This document shows, in pieces, positions 62,846 through 64,000 of a stretch of DNA of 64,000 nucleotides. The stretch is from Pseudomonadota bacterium (lineage in GTDB: Bacteria > Bdellovibrionota_C > UBA2361 > OMII01), in assembly GCA_038134595.1 (NCBI GenBank), contig JAYPVM010000011.1, positions 1 to 64,000 on the forward strand. Reading direction: 5' to 3'. A program made the position numbers and the translations under genes. How positions within the stretch are numbered: position 1 is the first letter of the stretch; the number at the start of each line of letters is the position of its first letter. Below the pieces are notes generated by a model. It was not told the origin of the DNA. It worked only from the letters and a program-made list of their open reading frames with translations, and searched no databases.

Positions 62846-64000
62846 TCATTTTTCGGGCAAATCACCACCAAGCTCCCTGCCCAGCTTCTCAAGCTCCTGC
62901 TGAGCCTGTTCCCATAACGCCATCTGATCAGTAAGAGCCTTTTGTCGCTTCGCTAACTCTCGCGACAACGATTCTAAGTCTCCTGCGTTTCCGTCCTTCG
63001 AGACCGTGAGCAGTTGTTCTTCTGTGTCAGATATTTCTGCCTCTAACGTCGCGATCGCCTTTTCAAGACTGGCAACTCGCTTTTCTAACGGAGCAACCTG
63101 CTCCTTCTCTACTTGCTTGGCTTGAGCACGTTGTCTTCGCGCCTCTTTCTTAGATAATGATGGCTTCTTTTTCTTTCCTTTGGACTCTCCATCTGACTGT
63201 TCTTCGGCCCAACCAACAGTATCTAGAAATTCATCGTAGGTACCTTCGAATAAAAAAGGTACTTCCCCCTGAAAGATGATTAATCGGGAGGCTACCCTGC
63301 GAAGAATCTCCTCACTGTGAGTAACTATCAGCACAGCTCCTGCAAACTCCTCTAAAGCATCCGTGAGTGCTAGCACAGACTCAACATCAAGGTGATTCGT
63401 CGGCTCATCAAGTAGCAAAACATTACTCGGCGAGGCTAAGATCTTGCCTAAAGATACCCGTGAGCGCTCTCCTCCCGATAGCACCTTAATTGGTTTTAGG
63501 GCATCATCGCCTTCAAACATCATACAGCCACAGATCGCTCGAACGGCTGTGCGACTAAGCTTAGGATTGCTGCGCTGAACCTCCTGTTCGATCGTACTTG
63601 AGAGATCGAGGCGATTGGCATTTGTCTGCGCAAAGTAGGAAAGGACGCCATTGGGGCTACGAAGCACCTCTCCTGTGGTCGGTTGTAGTTCACCTGCAAG
63701 TAGCCTTAGGAGCGTTGATTTTCCTCGGCCGTTTTTACCAATGATACCGATGCGGTCATCTTTCTTTAATGAGAACGAGAGCTCTTGTATGAGGGGAGGA
63801 GTGTCGACATCATAGCCAAAAGAGAGATTGCGAACCTCTATAGGAAACCTCCCAGGAAACTGGGCATGCGTAAAGGAAAAATCAAGGGTCGGTTCACTCG
63901 ACAGCTCATCGAGGCGCTCAATTTTCGCAAGCGCTTTAACCCGAGATTGCACAAGAGTTGCTTTGCTCGCCTTAGCCTTAAAGCGCGTTATAAATTGCTC
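62846..64000 (-). CDS. ABC-F family ATP-binding protein (5' part outside window)
   Basis: The frame is open to the window end (EQFITRFKAKASKA); second ABC domain GKNGRGKST, LSGGERSR, LLDEPTNHLD; C-terminal coiled coil. Confidence 0.93.
   Translation of the reverse strand, partial: EQFITRFKAKASKATLVQSRVKALAKIERLDELSSEPTLDFSFTHAQFPGRFPIEVRNLSFGYDVDTPPLIQELSFSLKKDDRIGIIGKNGRGKSTLLRLLAGELQPTTGEVLRSPNGVLSYFAQTNANRLDLSSTIEQEVQRSNPKLSRTAVRAICGCMMFEGDDALKPIKVLSGGERSRVSLGKILASPSNVLLLDEPTNHLDVESVLALTDALEEFAGAVLIVTHSEEILRRVASRLIIFQGEVPFLFEGTYDEFLDTVGWAEEQSDGESKGKKKKPSLSKKEARRQRAQAKQVEKEQVAPLEKRVASLEKAIATLEAEISDTEEQLLTVSKDGNAGDLESLSRELAKRQKALTDQMALWEQAQQELEKLGRELGGDLPEK

Overview
Bacterial chromosomal window. 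It begins inside a minus-strand 16S rRNA gene and ends inside an ABC-F ATPase gene. Housekeeping genes (yajQ, clpX, plsY, rpe, comF, mazG, csrA, ahcY, mpl, apaG, cmoB, tRNA-Thr, rsgA, perR-ahpC-redoxin, acs, phnA/yjdM, valS) are interspersed with many divergent secreted or orphan genes, which suggests a poorly sampled Gram-negative lineage; taxonomy cannot be fixed by eye. The best candidate for a new system is a compact accessory operon at about 35.7-39.9 kb: thymidylate-kinase-like kinase, Gfo/Idh/MocA dehydrogenase, DegT aminotransferase and Nudix, plus a second convergent Nudix. It sits between REP-like repeats and an IS91-like remnant. Its enzyme families match the 3'-amino-3'-deoxynucleotide steps of puromycin biosynthesis plus a viperin-partner-type kinase, so I hypothesise a chain-terminator (anti-phage or antibiotic) nucleotide pathway. 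Other notable items: a homospermidine-synthase islet bounded by a duplicated cmoB 3' end, a CarH-like B12 domain fused to a C-terminal XRE HTH, a second csrA-like gene missing from the ORF track, a FrpC-type self-processing module lacking its scissile Asp, a Clp-like ATPase with a degenerate first AAA ring, a tandem multi-HTH protein and a translocator-like 1033-aa protein. All family assignments come from motif recognition by eye; no database searches were run.
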